Shown piece by piece: positions 49,040 to 63,500 of a DNA stretch of 64,000 nt. The DNA is from a virus. Below the pieces are notes generated by a model. The model saw only the letters and a list, made by a program, of their open reading frames with translations. It was not told where the DNA came from and did no database searches. The translations under genes and the position numbers were made by a program. The stretch lies in IMG/VR virus record IMGVR_UViG_3300044701_003269, positions 96,001-160,000 of that record; one strand, given 5' to 3'. The number at the start of each line of letters is the position of its first letter. Position 1 is the first letter of the stretch.

Positions 49040-49201
49040 ATGGACCAAAAAATGCTTCGAGAGATCAATAATGACGATTTGACTCCCAAAAAACATGATT
49101 TTCACACTCAAAACGAAATCCATGAGAAAATTCGCAATGATGAGGATTATGATGACTGGGAATATGGCACTGAACCCCTTTATGAATCAAAAAAACCGTA
49201 A
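49040..49201 (+). CDS. Small acidic protein (53 aa), not in the ORF track
   Basis: SD AGGAGG; MDQKMLREI...DDWEYGTEP. Confidence 0.6.
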   Translation: MDQKMLREINNDDLTPKKHDFHTQNEIHEKIRNDEDYDDWEYGTEPLYESKKP

Positions 49202-49237
49202 TAAATAACAATATATTATAGTCTTACCAGTCTAAAA

Positions 49238-49639
49238 ATGCCTATTGAAAGGATAAGCAAAGAATTTAAAGATATTAGTTTATCCTTTCAGGTGAATCCC
49301 CTGAATTTTGACTTGATTGCGATAAAAAATGAAACTGCAATTGCAAGATCAGTAAGAAATCTTGTATTAACTCAACCTGGAGAAAGATTTTTTAATCCAA
49401 TTTTGGGTTCTAAAGTGAATAGATCTCTTTTTGAGAATATTGATGAGATAAGTGCTTCTATTATTAAAGATGAGATTGAGAATACGATAAGAAATTATGA
49501 GCCAAGAGTGAGTTTGATTGATGTAACAGTTACACCAAAATTTGATGATTATGAGTTTGACGTTAGAGTAAGGTATAACATAATTGGCGCAGATTTATTG
49601 CCTCAGCAGTTATCATTTGCATTACAACCGACACGATAA
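49238..49639 (+). CDS. gp25: Baseplate wedge subunit, T4 gp25-like
   Basis: AIARSVRNLVLTQPGERFFNPILGS...LFE...I...YEPRV; ATAAATA at 49201-49207. Confidence 0.92.
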   Translation: MPIERISKEFKDISLSFQVNPLNFDLIAIKNETAIARSVRNLVLTQPGERFFNPILGSKVNRSLFENIDEISASIIKDEIENTIRNYEPRVSLIDVTVTPKFDDYEFDVRVRYNIIGADLLPQQLSFALQPTR

Positions 49640-51550
49640 ATGACACTAGTAAATTTTACAAATCTAGATTTTAATCAGATAAAAACTTCAATTAGGGATT
49701 ATCTGAGATCAAACTCAAATTTTACTGATTATGATTTTGAGGGGTCAAACCTTTCGACAATCATTGATGTTCTTGCATACAATACATACATCTCTTCATA
49801 TAATGCTAACATGGTTAGCAATGAGGTATTCATTGACAGTGCAACATTGAGAGAAAATGTTGTTTCTATCGCAAGAAGTATTGGATACACACCTAAATCT
49901 AGAATTGCATCGAAAGCTAATATTTCTTTTTTCGTAGATACTTCTCTAACGCCACTTCCAAGAAAACCACTTACTCTGACGCTTAAAAAAGGTATTATTG
50001 CGACTTCTTCAGGTTCTTTTGGAAATCAAAATTTTGTTTATTCTATTCCCGATGATATAACAGTTCCCGTTGTAAACGGAATTGCAGAATTTAATAATAT
50101 TGTAATATATGAAGGCACATATATTACAAATAAATTTACAGTAGATTCCCTAAATCCAAATCAGAAGTATATTCTGGATAATGCAAATATCGATAGTTCT
50201 TTAATTAGAGTTGAAGTTAGAGATGGCCAACTTGGAATAAGAAAAAAATATATTCAGGCAAATAATATTTTAGATATAGATTCTGAATCTAGAATATTTT
50301 TTATTCAAGAAATAGAAGATCAAAGATATGAATTAATATTTGGTGATGGTGTATTTGGTAAAAGATTGATTAACGAAAATATTGTCGAAGCTTCTTATAT
50401 TGTTACTAGTGGGGAAAGCGCAAATGGCGTATCTTCATTCTTGTTTAATGGGACTATAGTTGATAATACCAATCTAGATGTTTCGGGAGGAATTTCACTC
50501 CTAACAACAAATATTGCTTCAGGTGGAGGAAAAGAAATTGAATCGGTAGATTCTATCAAAAAATATGCAACAAGAATATATGCAGCTCAGAATAGAGCAG
50601 TTACTGCAAACGATTATGAAGCGATAATACCAATAATATATCCAGAGGCAGAATCAGTTTCTGCATTTGGTGGAGAAGATTTAGATCCCCCTCAATTTGG
50701 AAAAGTTTTTATTAGTATCAAGCCAGAAGGTGGATTTTTTATATCAAACGGAGTTAAGGATAATATTAAAAGAGAATTGAAGAAATATGCAGTTGGTGGA
50801 ATATTGCCCGAAATAATAGATCTAAAATATCTCTCGATTGAAATTCAAAGTAAAATTTATTATGATAACAATCTTGCACCTTCTTCAAGTTTTGTTTCGG
50901 ATACTGTTTATAAAAATATACAAAAATATGCAAATTCTTCAGAACTGAACAAATATGGTGCAAGATTTAAGTATAGTAAGTTTTTAAAAATAATCGATGA
51001 CAGTGACGAATCAATAACTTCAAACATAACTACGGTTCAAATCAGACGTAATTTAAAACCATTGTTAAATAGTTTAGCGACATATGAAATATGCTTTGGT
51101 AACAAATTTTACATAAAAAATTCTGGTGGTTTTAATATAAAATCTTCTGGATTTTTTATTGGGGGTATTCAAGATCCTGTTTACTTTACAGATTTCCCCA
51201 ATCAAGGTGAAAAGACAGGAATTATAAGTATCTTCAGAAAAGATTCACTTGATGGTTTTAAAATTATTATTGAAAATGCGGGAACAATTGATTATGAAAA
51301 GGGCGAAATAAATATAGATTCTATTGAAATTTTAAATACATCTAAAGAAGACGGTGAACCAATTATTGAAATTTCAGCCATTCCAGATTCTAATGATATT
51401 ATTGGATTGCAAGATCTTTATTTAAATCTGAGTATAAATGATGTAAAACTTGAAGTAATACAAGATAAAATATCTTCTGGAGAAGATAGATCTGGTTCAA
51501 CCTACATAAAAACAACAAGTTACAGTAATGGTTCTATCATAAGAGAATAA
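49640..51550 (+). CDS. gp6: Baseplate wedge subunit, T4 gp6-like
   Basis: LDFNQIK...FTDYDFEGSNLS...LAYNT...FIDSATLRENVVSIA..IGY; FGDG..G; QNRAVTANDY. Confidence 0.92.
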   Translation: MTLVNFTNLDFNQIKTSIRDYLRSNSNFTDYDFEGSNLSTIIDVLAYNTYISSYNANMVSNEVFIDSATLRENVVSIARSIGYTPKSRIASKANISFFVDTSLTPLPRKPLTLTLKKGIIATSSGSFGNQNFVYSIPDDITVPVVNGIAEFNNIVIYEGTYITNKFTVDSLNPNQKYILDNANIDSSLIRVEVRDGQLGIRKKYIQANNILDIDSESRIFFIQEIEDQRYELIFGDGVFGKRLINENIVEASYIVTSGESANGVSSFLFNGTIVDNTNLDVSGGISLLTTNIASGGGKEIESVDSIKKYATRIYAAQNRAVTANDYEAIIPIIYPEAESVSAFGGEDLDPPQFGKVFISIKPEGGFFISNGVKDNIKRELKKYAVGGILPEIIDLKYLSIEIQSKIYYDNNLAPSSSFVSDTVYKNIQKYANSSELNKYGARFKYSKFLKIIDDSDESITSNITTVQIRRNLKPLLNSLATYEICFGNKFYIKNSGGFNIKSSGFFIGGIQDPVYFTDFPNQGEKTGIISIFRKDSLDGFKIIIENAGTIDYEKGEINIDSIEILNTSKEDGEPIIEISAIPDSNDIIGLQDLYLNLSINDVKLEVIQDKISSGEDRSGSTYIKTTSYSNGSIIRE

Positions 51551-51551
51551 T

Positions 51552-54500
51552 ATGTCAAATACGAGAGTTAAAATTGCTTCAATTGTACAAAGTCAACTTC
51601 CCGATTTTGTTAGAGAGGAATATCCACTTGTAAGTGAATTTTTAAAAGAATATTACAATTCTCTTGAAGTATCGGGAGGAACCTTGGATGTTCTTCAGAA
51701 TATTGACAGATATGTTAAAATTGACGAATTAACAAAATCTCTTTCTGGTAGAATAATTACTGTAAGAATACAGGATCCGCAATCATTCTTTACTATAAGT
51801 GGTGGATTTTCGGTTAATGAATTGATCGTATTTAAAAACGGAACCAGACTACTTTTAAATACTGACTACTTTGTATTTTCAAGTACTGAACTGTCATTAG
51901 TAGAAGAATGTATTAATGGAGATATTTTGGAGTTTTATATCCAAACTCCATCCACAACATTTTTGAAAAGTGAAGTTGGTTTTACTGATGATGTGATAAA
52001 TGTTGAATCAACTTACGGGTTCCCAGAATCGAATGGAATAATAAAAATTGATTCTGAAATTATTTTATATAAAAGCAAAACGGAAACTTCTTTTGTAGAT
52101 TGTAAAAGAGGTTTTAGTGGAATAACATCATATAGGACAGAAAATACGACAGATCAATTAACTTTTTCAACTTCTCAAGTAGAGAATCATGAAAATAATT
52201 CTTCTGTAGAAAATTTAAGCCTTTTGCTGCTAAAGGAATTTTTATTAAAAATTAAAAAACAACTAACTCCGGGATTTGAAAACAAAACTTTTGTTGATGG
52301 AGTAAATCAAAGTACTTTTATAAAGCAAGTAAAGGATTTTTATAGTTCAAAAGGAACTGAAGATTCCTATCAGGTTATATTTAAAGCACTTTTTGGTGAA
52401 AATATTGAAATTTTAAGACCAAGAGATTATTTGTTTAAACCTTCTGATGCAAACTATAGAATAACAAGAGATTTGGTAGTAGAATCTGTATCAGGGGATC
52501 CAATGTCTCTCCTTAACAGAACTCTATATCAAGATGAATCTGGATCAGAAGAATCTCAGTTTTTCTCTAAAGCATATGGGACTATTACAAGAGTAGAAAA
52601 AATACAAAGATTAAATAAAAATTATTATGTACTGAGTTTGGATGCAGACTATTCTAAAGATCTGACAGTTGATGGAACTGTTTACGGAAATTTTAAGATA
52701 CATCCAAGTACAAAATTAACTACAAATGCTGACTTAAATTCTGCAGTCTTGACTGTAGATTCTACAATCGGATTTCCAAAAACTGGTGAATTGACGTATT
52801 CTGTTAATGGTCAAGAATACATCAATTCATATATAATAGAAAATATTACACAATTTTCTTTATTTGGTACAACTGATGTAGAAATACCAAAAGGAACTGA
52901 TATAAAAATAAACAATTTTGCTTACTCTGAATTTGGTGGGAATATTGTAAAAGTAAGAATCACCGGAGTTATCTCCGATGTTTCTTTTGATAAAAATAAC
53001 TATTTGATGTCAAAGGGAGAGACTTTTAAAGTCAATACACTAGGATATCCTGCAAAAGGTGTTCTTGCTAACAATTGGATATTCAATATTGCCAATAAGT
53101 TTAAAGTAAAACAAATTATAGGACCAAAATCCTCTAACGCATCTTTAAATTTATTTTCATATGAAGTTATAACCATAGATAAAAATAATTTTTATATTGG
53201 TGATATTGTTAAACTAATTTCATCTGATGGAAATATTAATGATTATACCATAAGGGGAATTAACAATGAAAATTCTGTAAGTATAGAAGGTCCTTCAATA
53301 GGAAATTTAAATTTAAAATTTTTGATAGAGAGGAGCATAGTAAAACCAAAATTTACTAACTTTGATTACATAAATCAATACTCTGCTAATGTCCAAAATG
53401 TTTATATACCAAATTCCAATGAGAATGCAGGAATTTTTGTCGCTTCAAATTCACTGCCAAATTATTTAAATGAAAATATTGATATAAAAAACCCCGATAT
53501 TGTTTTTTCCGGCACTTTCGGTGGAGAAATTTTAGACCTTAGCTCAGGAAATCCAAATAATTATCATGGACTTTATACTGGAGACTCCGTAATTTACAAA
53601 GATACAAATACTTCTGACCTACGAAATAATCTGGGAATTCTGAGTAAAGTATATTATGTTGAAAAAGTCGATAATACGAGAATAAAACTTGCCAATAGCA
53701 AATTAGATCTTTTCAAAAAAAGATATGTTTCTATCGAAAATAATGTATCAGTAACTAATAATATATTCTCAAAAAATAAAATAAAATTTTCTACCTTTTC
53801 TTCGCAAAATTTTATAAAAAATATATCAAAACCCGTAAATGGGAAAAAATTTGAAACTCCTGTTGGTCCTGTTGGAATATTTGTTAATGGTGTTGAAGCT
53901 TTTAGTTATAAATCAGAAGATAAAGTTTATTATGGTGGAATTGATAAAATCAATGTAATAGATGGTGGAGATGACTATGATGTAATCAATCCTCCAAATA
54001 TTGAAATATTGGATGAAAACGGTTCAAATGCAACTGCATATGTTCAAGTTACTGGTGAATTAAATTCTATTGATATTATTGATCCTGGATTTGATTATAT
54101 TTCAGATCCAATAGTAACCATCTCTGGAGGAAATGGTTCTGGAGCGGTTGCAAAAGTAAATCTAACTAGTTTCAGGCATAAAGTTTCATTTAATTCTATT
54201 GAGTCTTCACTATTCGTCAATTTATCTACAAATACAATAGGATTTTCCACTTATCACAAATTTAGAGATAATGAACAAGTGATATATTTGCCAAATGGAC
54301 AAACTCCTGTTGGTGGATTGACATCCAAAGCACAATATTATGTAAACGTTCAGGATTCTTTTAATATTAGATTGCATAAAACTTTAAATGATTCTGTTTC
54401 CGGAATTAACACGATAAATTTAACTTCATATGGAGTAGGTGTTCATGAATTTGAAGCAACTTCTATTAAGAGAAAAATTTCTAGTTTTTCTATAATTGAT

Positions 54501-57500
54501 AGAGGTTCTAACTATTCGAATAAAAAGACTTCATGTTTTTCTTCCGGAGTAAGCACTACTTCTAATATAATAAACATTCCAGAACACGGGTATAAAACTG
54601 GTGAAATATTGAAATATACTTCAACCAGTCTACCGATAGGTGGACTGGAGAATGGTAAGTCTTATTATGCAATAAAAGTAAATGATAATCAATTTAGGTT
54701 ATCTGAGGTTGGAATTGGATCAACATCTAAAGATTTTTATTTTAGAACAAATCAAACTGTAAATTTGACATCAATAGGATCTTCAGAACACATTTTTAAT
54801 TATGAAGATATTGTGGTATCTGTTGATGGAATTGTGGGAGTTTCCACGAGGACTGGTCAAGATTTTAATGCAGTAATTCAACCAATTTTTAGGGGTTCAA
54901 TCAGTAAAGTATTTGTTAACAATTCTGGTGTTGGGTATGGTTCATCCGAAATTATAAATTATGAAAGACAACCTAATGTTGTATTGGGAATTGGAACGGG
55001 GGCTCAACTTTCTCCGATAGTTAATAATGGAAGAATAACTCAAGTTTTAGTTTTGAATGGTGGAAGTAATTATAATTCACCGCCAGATATTAGTATTTTT
55101 GGAAATAGTACAACAGCAAGTTTGGTTCCGGTAATTAGTAATGGTAGAATAGTTGATGTTAAAGTTCAAAATTCTGGAGTTGGATTTAGTACAATTGGAA
55201 CATCGCTTGAAGTTTTTACTCCCGGAAATGGGTTTAAATATGATTGTAAGATAAAATCTTGGACTATTAATAAAGTTGAGAAAAATTTAAATTCCAATAA
55301 AATATTAGAAGATGATGGAGTCCTCGATAGATATCAAGGAACACAAAAAGGACTGCAATATTGTCATTTTTATGCACCAAGAAAATTAAGGAGAAGCGTT
55401 TTTGGTACAGATTTTGTAAATGGTAAGAAAGTTTTAATACAAGATTTAAATATTGTTAGAAATGTTGAGGTAAGGTCAAAAGCCCATTCTCCAATAATAG
55501 GTTGGGCTTATGATGGAAATCCGATATATGGACCATACGGATTCTCGTCTCCTTCGGGTGGCGTTGTTAGAGAGATGAAACCTGGATATATACAAAAAAT
55601 TTCTGAAGATAGACCAGATCCAATATCGGAGTCTGCTGGAAGAATTTACCCTCCTGGATTTTTTGTAGAAGATTATCAATTTAATAATTCGAGTGATAGT
55701 GATCTGGATGAACATAATGGAAGATTTTGTATAACACCCGAATTTCCAGAAGGAACTTATGCCTATTTTGCAACAATTAGTGATGGTTCCACAGAAACTT
55801 CTGGAATATTTAAAAATTATAAAAAACCAGTATTCCCATATCTTGTGGGTAATACTTTTAATTCTATCCCAAATACACAAAATTATCAAATAAATTTTAC
55901 ATCACAACAAAATTCATCTATATTCTCCGAGTTTAGTCTACTTAGAAATACTTCTCCATATAACCTTTCTAGTGAAAATTCACAATACGATTTTGTATTT
56001 AATCCTTTAAAAATAAAGGAACCTTTGATTAAAATAGAATCAACTTTATTATCCGGAATTGATGATGTTGAAATAACTTCTGGTGGAACCGGTTATAAAG
56101 TTGGCGATAAAGCAATATTTGATAATACAAATACAAGTGGTTCAGATGCTTATGCCAGAGTTTCTTTCTTAGAAGGAAAAGAAGTAACTTCTATAAGTTG
56201 TGCATCTACAACTTATAATGATGTGGAATTTTATCCAATAAATTCTGGATCTTTTGTAGCTTTCAGTACAATACCACATAATTTCCTCAATAATGATATT
56301 GTATCGATTGGTGGATTAAGTACAAGTACTCAATTTCTTAATGCAGTATTGCAAATAGGTGTTCGCTCAGATACTCTCACTCTATCTAAAAATGTTGATG
56401 CTCCGTCTGCAACTGGCATTGTTACATATTTTGATGTAAATGGTTCTCTAGATTTTCCCAAAATTAGAGAAAATGATATTTATGAATTGGATACAGAAAA
56501 AATTAAAATCTTATCAGTTGATAAATTATCATCTAGAATTAAAGTACTAAGAGAGTTTGATTCTTCCGTAGGTACTTCACATACAATATCTACTGTTTTA
56601 TTTGAAAAAACAAGAAAATTTACATTTAGCATAGAAAAAGATCCGAAGATAAATTTTAACCTTAATAAAGAAATATATTTTAATCCAAAGGAATCGGTTT
56701 CTTTGGGAACTGGATCGACTTTATCTTTTTCAAATCCTGGAGCGGGAATAACAATTATTTCTACACCAGCTAAAACAATTTATCTACCAAATCATAAGTT
56801 AGAAACTGGAAATGAATTAATTTATTCAACCAATGGAGGATCTCCAATATTTGTTTCTGATGATAATATAACTAGTTTCCAATTATTAGATAATCAAATT
56901 GTTTATGCAGCGAAAGTCTCAGAAGATTTAATTGGCATCTCAACTAATCTAGTTGGACTCGGTTCAACAGGATCTTTTGTTGGTATTGATAGTAGCATTA
57001 CAACTTCCATCTTATTCTTTACTAATGTTGGATCTGGTGATAATCATAGTTTTAAAACAAATTATTCAAACAGTTTAACAGGAGAAGTTACTAAAAATGT
57101 TGTTACTGTATCAACAGCAGAAACTCATGGACTAAAAGTGAATGACATAGTTTTCTTTGAAGCCCTTCCTGGCATTACTACTACTGTAGTGGTAAAATAT
57201 AATGATAAGAATAGTAGATTACTAATTAATCCAAAATCTTTTACCTCTTCTGATGTTGATATTACAAATAATATCATCTTTATAAAAAATCACGGTTATT
57301 CTACCGGAGAAAAAGTAGTATATACTGCAGAAAGTTCTCCAATTGGTGGGGTATCAAATAATGAAATATATTATATTGTCAGATTTAGTAAAGATAAAAT
57401 TAAACTGTCTTCAAGTTATTACAATTCAATTAAGAATATTCCGGAAGTAATTGATTTTACTAGTGCTTCTGATGGAACTTTGTCTTTAGTAAATCCAAGA

Positions 57501-60500
57501 ATTTTTGCAGTTTCCAATCAATTTATAAAGTTTGATCTTTCAGATGAATCTCTTTCTTATAGTATAGAATCGGTCCCATATCCAGCTTTTGAATTTGTAT
57601 TATATAAAGATTCTAATTTTACTGAAGAGTTTATCAAGGTAGAAGATTCTGAAATTTCCAGATTAAATGTTACTAAAGTTGGAAGGATAGGAGTTGATGA
57701 AAATGCATCTGTTACTCTAAGAACAGAAAATTTAGATTTTGATTTGTATTATAGACTAGTTCCAGTTGATTTGGAAAATAACTCTTTTCTTAAAAAGAAT
57801 ATCATAGTAGATGATCAGAATATTATAGAAAATAATAAAATACTTTTGGGAAAAAGCGGTTATTTTGGATTCCACTTATTATCTTCAGTCCAAGATAGTT
57901 CGTTTAACTTTAACATATTCAGTTTTCCTGAAATTGATTCATATTCTAAGTTTGACGGAAATTTTGTTTATTCTACCAATTCCAAAAATGCAGTTGGTGG
58001 AATAAAAGAATTAGAAATAACATCTAGAGGTAGATATTATGATACTTCTCCGGGTATAAGTTCAGTATTTTCTGAAAATGGAAAAAATGCTATTTTGGAT
58101 CCCATTTCCTCAAGTATTGGTAAAATTACAAATTTTGAGATTGAAGATATTGGATTTAATTATCCTGCCGACCAAACTTTATACCCATCAGCTAAATTAC
58201 CCCAGATAATAAAGGTAAATCCTCTCTCAAGATTTAAAAATATTGGAGTATCTTCTGTAGGTATTGATTATAGTATATCTCCAGACCTCATAGTGATAGA
58301 TTCAACAACAAATAACGTTGTCAATGACGTTGAATTAAATTATGATGTAGAAACAAATACTGTAAAAATTATAAGAAATACTGAGGGAATTTTTAATTCA
58401 AAACCAACAATATTGCCAGTAAATAACTCAAATGGAGTTCCAATTAAAGAAATAACTTTTGATGAAATTTCTAAAAATGTTACTATTGAACTTGATAAAT
58501 CTTATAGTTTTGGCCAGGTTTTCCCATTCAACGTTGGTGATAAAGTATTAGTTGAGAATGTAAATATTGATATTGATTCTGGAAAAGGTTTCAATTCAAA
58601 AGAATATGGATATAAGTTATTTACCTTAACTTCAGTTAATCCACTATTTGGAGGAACTGGAGCAAATATTGTTTATAATCTCAGTCAAGATTTGTTAGAC
58701 TCGGAAGTTCCTGGAAGTTTTGATTCTAATAATTCTGCAGGAATTGTTACTCCGGAAAAATATTTTCCAATATTTGATCCGGTTTTGGAAAAGTTTAGTT
58801 TCTTAAGAGGAGAAGTTGCGAAAACTCAATCTCAAAGAGGTATAGTCTTAAATTGGAATAAAAATGTAGAACTATTGAAATTATCTACTTCTGATGACTT
58901 TGAATTGAATTCAATTATAGTTGGCGAATCTTCTAATGCGAAGGGAATTATTACTCGTATAGATTCAAACTTTGATGCAGTTTATAATATTGAATCATCA
59001 GCAATAGTTAAAAAAGGATGGGAACTAGAAACCGGATTTTTAAATAATCAATTCCAGGTCATAGCTGATAATGATTACTATCAAAATTTCTCATATTCAA
59101 TAAAATCTAAAGTAGATTATGATACTTGGAACGACTCTATAGGAAATTTAAATCATACATCTGGATTTAAAAAGTTTGGAGATTTGGTAGTAGAATCTAT
59201 CGATTCAATTTCAAGCGGAATATCTACAGACCAAAATGAAGGTGATTTTTCTGGCTTAGTAGAGTTTGTAAGGGAAATTGATTTAAATTGTGTAAACGAT
59301 TTTGATCTTGTAAGGGAAAGAACTTTAAATATTAATTCGCAATTATTTTCTAAAGAATTTGTATTTAATTCCCGTTCTTTACAAGATGAATTTATATCAA
59401 TTGGAAATAGAGTTCTTTCTATAGATGATATTGGCAATAGATTCTCCAGCGAACAGTCATCTCAAATTTTTTCAATTGTAGATACATTTAGATTAACTGA
59501 TTTTAGATCGAAAAAATATATAACTTATGTTAAAGATAAAAACTCTACGGAGCTGAGAGAGTCGTCATTAGTTACACTAATACATGACAACAATGAAGTA
59601 TTTCTGAATGAATACTCGGGTCTTAATACCGGAACTGATTTAGGATCATTTGAATTTTCTATCTTTAGTGTTGAGGGAACATTAAGATATTTTCCAAATA
59701 ATTTTACATCAGATGATTATACTATTAATGTTATATCATATGGAATAAAAGATGACAATACTGGTATCGGAAGTACATCGATAGGAAATTTGGTAGATTT
59801 AAGATCTTCGACTACAATAATTCCTTCAGGAACTTCTTCTCAAACAAATATTGTTGGTATTGGCTCAACATATTCTACTTCAAAAGTTTTAGTTCAGTTT
59901 ACATCTTCCGACGAAACTTATTATCAGTTTGAAGAAATAACTTTATTAAGTGATGGTAATAACGTCAGTATTTTGGAATACGGACAACTTTCAAATGCAA
60001 CAAGAGTTGGATATTCTACGGGTGGAATAGGAACATATAGTGCTTATATATCCGGATCAACGATAAATCTAGATTTTACTCCAAATGTAAGTTTGGCAAC
60101 AACGTATATTGTCAATACTTTAAGAGTTTCTATTGCAAGCACTAATGTTGGAATTACCACTTCTTCATTGGAGTTTAATACTTGCGAAATAAGTTCGAAT
60201 TTTGTAGCAATATCATCCTCACCTTCGCCAACACAAATAGGAATATCAACTTTCTCTACAGATTATGAAAGTTCATATTATATTGTGTCTGTTGAGGATG
60301 TTACAAATGGAGATTATCAAGCATCAGAAATTCTAGTTATTAATGATGGATCAAACGCATATATCTCTGAGTTTGGTGGAATAGGAACTTCTTCTGGTTT
60401 GGGAACTTTTGGTGCAAATTATGATGTAATTTCTGGAACTACATTAAACTTTACTCCAATTGCTGATGCTTCTATAAATGTAAAAATTTATAGAAATGCA

Positions 60501-63500
60501 TTAAGAGTAGTTGATACTGGTAATGATTTTACATCCTTAAACCTAACAAATGCAAATATTGAATCTGATTTTTCAGAATTTGATGGTGTTTCAAATTCTA
60601 TTAGAAAATCATTTGACCTACTTCACAGAGGAGTACCAATCTTCCAAAGATCATTCCAATCTTCAGACCCAAACATCGTCAATATTGAAAATAATAGAAT
60701 TAAAATTACAAATAATTTTTATGTAGGGGGTGAAGAACTTAAATATGATTTTGGTCAAGGGGATCCTGTTGGAATAGAAACAACAACGATAGCTGGCATT
60801 GGTTTAACGGATAAATTACCATCGACGGTTTATGTTATAAAATTAAATGATGTGAGCATCAGACTTGCATCATCTCCAGAAAATAGTCTCAAACCAGTTC
60901 CAGAACCGTTAATTATTAATTCTGTTGGTGTTGGAATACATACATTTACTTCAACAAGACAAAATGCAAGATGTCTAATAACAATAGATAACCATATTCA
61001 ATCACCAATAGTTTCGACTGCAGTAACCACAACTTTAGCATCAGGTTCCTCATCCAGTGAAGAGCAAATAACAATATCTGACATAACTTCCATTTTTAGT
61101 GGAGATTTGTTGAAGATAAATGATGAAATTATTAGAGTAAACTCTGTTGGAGTTGGATCTACAAATTCTCTATTAGTTGATCGTGGTTTTGTTGGAACAA
61201 ATGCGGAAAGTCATTCTATAGGAAGTACAGTTACAAAAGTACTAGGAAACTATAATATAGTAAACAACACAATTAATTTTGCAGATGCTCCATACGGAAA
61301 CACTCCAACAAGTGACGAAACAAATAGACCTGACCAAAGAGATTATATTGGCATTACAACAAGGTCCACTTTTGGTGGAAGAGTATTTTTGAGATCTGGT
61401 ATTAATACAACCTCAGGTGTATTTGTAGACACATATTCTACTAACTACGTTTTAGATAGTTTATCCGATCAATTTGATGGAGTTACCAAAGAATTTGTTC
61501 TAAAGTCTTCTGGACAAGATGTTACGGGTATTTCTACTAGCAACGCAATTGTTTTAATTAATAATGTATTCCAAGAGCCAAAAAGAACAGGTTCTGTAAG
61601 TATTGTAGGAAATTATGAAATATCGGAAAATGCAGGTATTAGTACGATAGAATTCATTGGTGGAATATCATCTGCATCTTATGATATTAATAATTCAAGT
61701 ATTCCTAGAGGTGGTGTTATAGTTTCTGTAGCGTCAACAACAGGATTTGGATATCAACCATTAATTTCTGCTGGTGGAACTTCTATAGTTTCTAGTGCAG
61801 GAACGATTTCTAATATTAGTGTGGGATATTCTGGTTCAGGTTATAGATCTCTAGAAAAATATGAAATAATTACAAAAACTTCTTCAACTATTAGTTCTGG
61901 AAGTACAATAATTTACATAGACAATCAAAATGGAATATTTGAGAAATTGGCGTATTCAAGTTCAAATTCCATAGGAATAGGTTCACAAAATGTTCCTATT
62001 TTGGGAATTGGAAATAGCTATGTTTTGATAGGATCTGGAAGCACTATTTCCCAATCTATAGAATCCGAAAAGTCTGTTTTGGTATCTCTAAACTCTCCTT
62101 ATGTTGGATTAGTTGATGTTGGCGTCAAAACATCTAGTAATGGAATATTAAATTATGAATTTATAGGATTTGCAACAGTAATTCCAGGAACTGGTAACAT
62201 TTCATCAAATATTAATATCACAAATCCCGGTTCTGGATATACATCAGCAAATCCTCCAATAGTTGTTTTTGATGGTCCAAATAATTACGATAATATTCCA
62301 CTAATATATTCTTCTGGATCTTCTGGATTAGGAACCGAAGCAACTGTTAATATTATAGTTGGACAAAATTCCAGTGTAATTGATTTTGAATTGGAAAATT
62401 TGGGATATGGATACAATACCTCACAAATTTTGACAGTACCTACTGGTGGATTAACTGGAATACCAACTGATGCATCAAAACCATTTATTAATTTTGAATT
62501 AACTATAGATGAAATATTCTCTGATATTTTCTACGGGTGGTCTATAGGGGATCTTCAAGTTATTGACAAAATTGAAAATCTATTTGATGGTGTAAGGAGG
62601 AATTTCCCAATAAAAATTAATGGAATTCAATCATCAATTAGATCTAGAACAGGATCAAATGTTGAGATTCAATATACACTATTAATATTTTTGAATGATA
62701 TACTACAAGTTCCGGATGTTTCTTATACATTTAATGGAGGAAGTACTTTTACTTTCTTAGATGCTCCAAATGTTGGCGATACTTGCAAAATACTATTCTA
62801 TAAAGGAACGGGTAACGTTGATGTTTTAAGTGAAGATGTTTTGCAGACTATTAAGATTGGAGATCTTGTTAGGGTAACTAGTGATATTGCAGAGCAAAAC
62901 CAAAATAATAGGTTAATTACAGATATTATATCTTCTGATCTTTTGATAACAAATCCATATACTGGTGCAGGATTATTTGAAGATGAAACTATATTAAGAC
63001 CACTACTTTGGTGTAGGCAAACAGAAGACTTGATAATAAGTGGACAGGAAATTGGTAAAGATAGAGAAATATATGAGCCATTAATTCAACCTGCAACAAA
63101 TATTATACAAAATGTTGGATCTGCTTCAACTGAAATTTTTGTCCAGAGTGTCAAAATATTCTTTGACGATTTTAGAGAAAATACTAGCCAAACACTCAAA
63201 TCAGAAATTATCTTGATATCACAAGATCCACAGGAAGGTTCTTACGCAACCGCTAATGTTTCCACATCTGGCACAATTTCTTCTCTAAATTTAGTTGAAG
63301 GTGGAATAGGATTTACAACAGATCCAGTCGTCAAAATTAGCAATCCTGTTGGATTTGGATCAACGTCTACTGCCATTGCTTCTATTTCTTCGGGAATTGT
63401 TACCTCACTTACTATTATAAATCCAGGATCTGGGTACACAACTTCAAATCCTCCACAAGTTTTAATTGAATATCCAAAGGTTATCGTAGAGGAAATTGTA

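Noticed and set aside
1226-63439. Most minus-strand and alternative-frame ORFs in the track, including several ending or passing through HTIGPLWS
   Set aside because: They are shadows of + strand genes. HTIGPLWS is simply the reverse translation of the repeat. Only 13227..13847 has real motifs.
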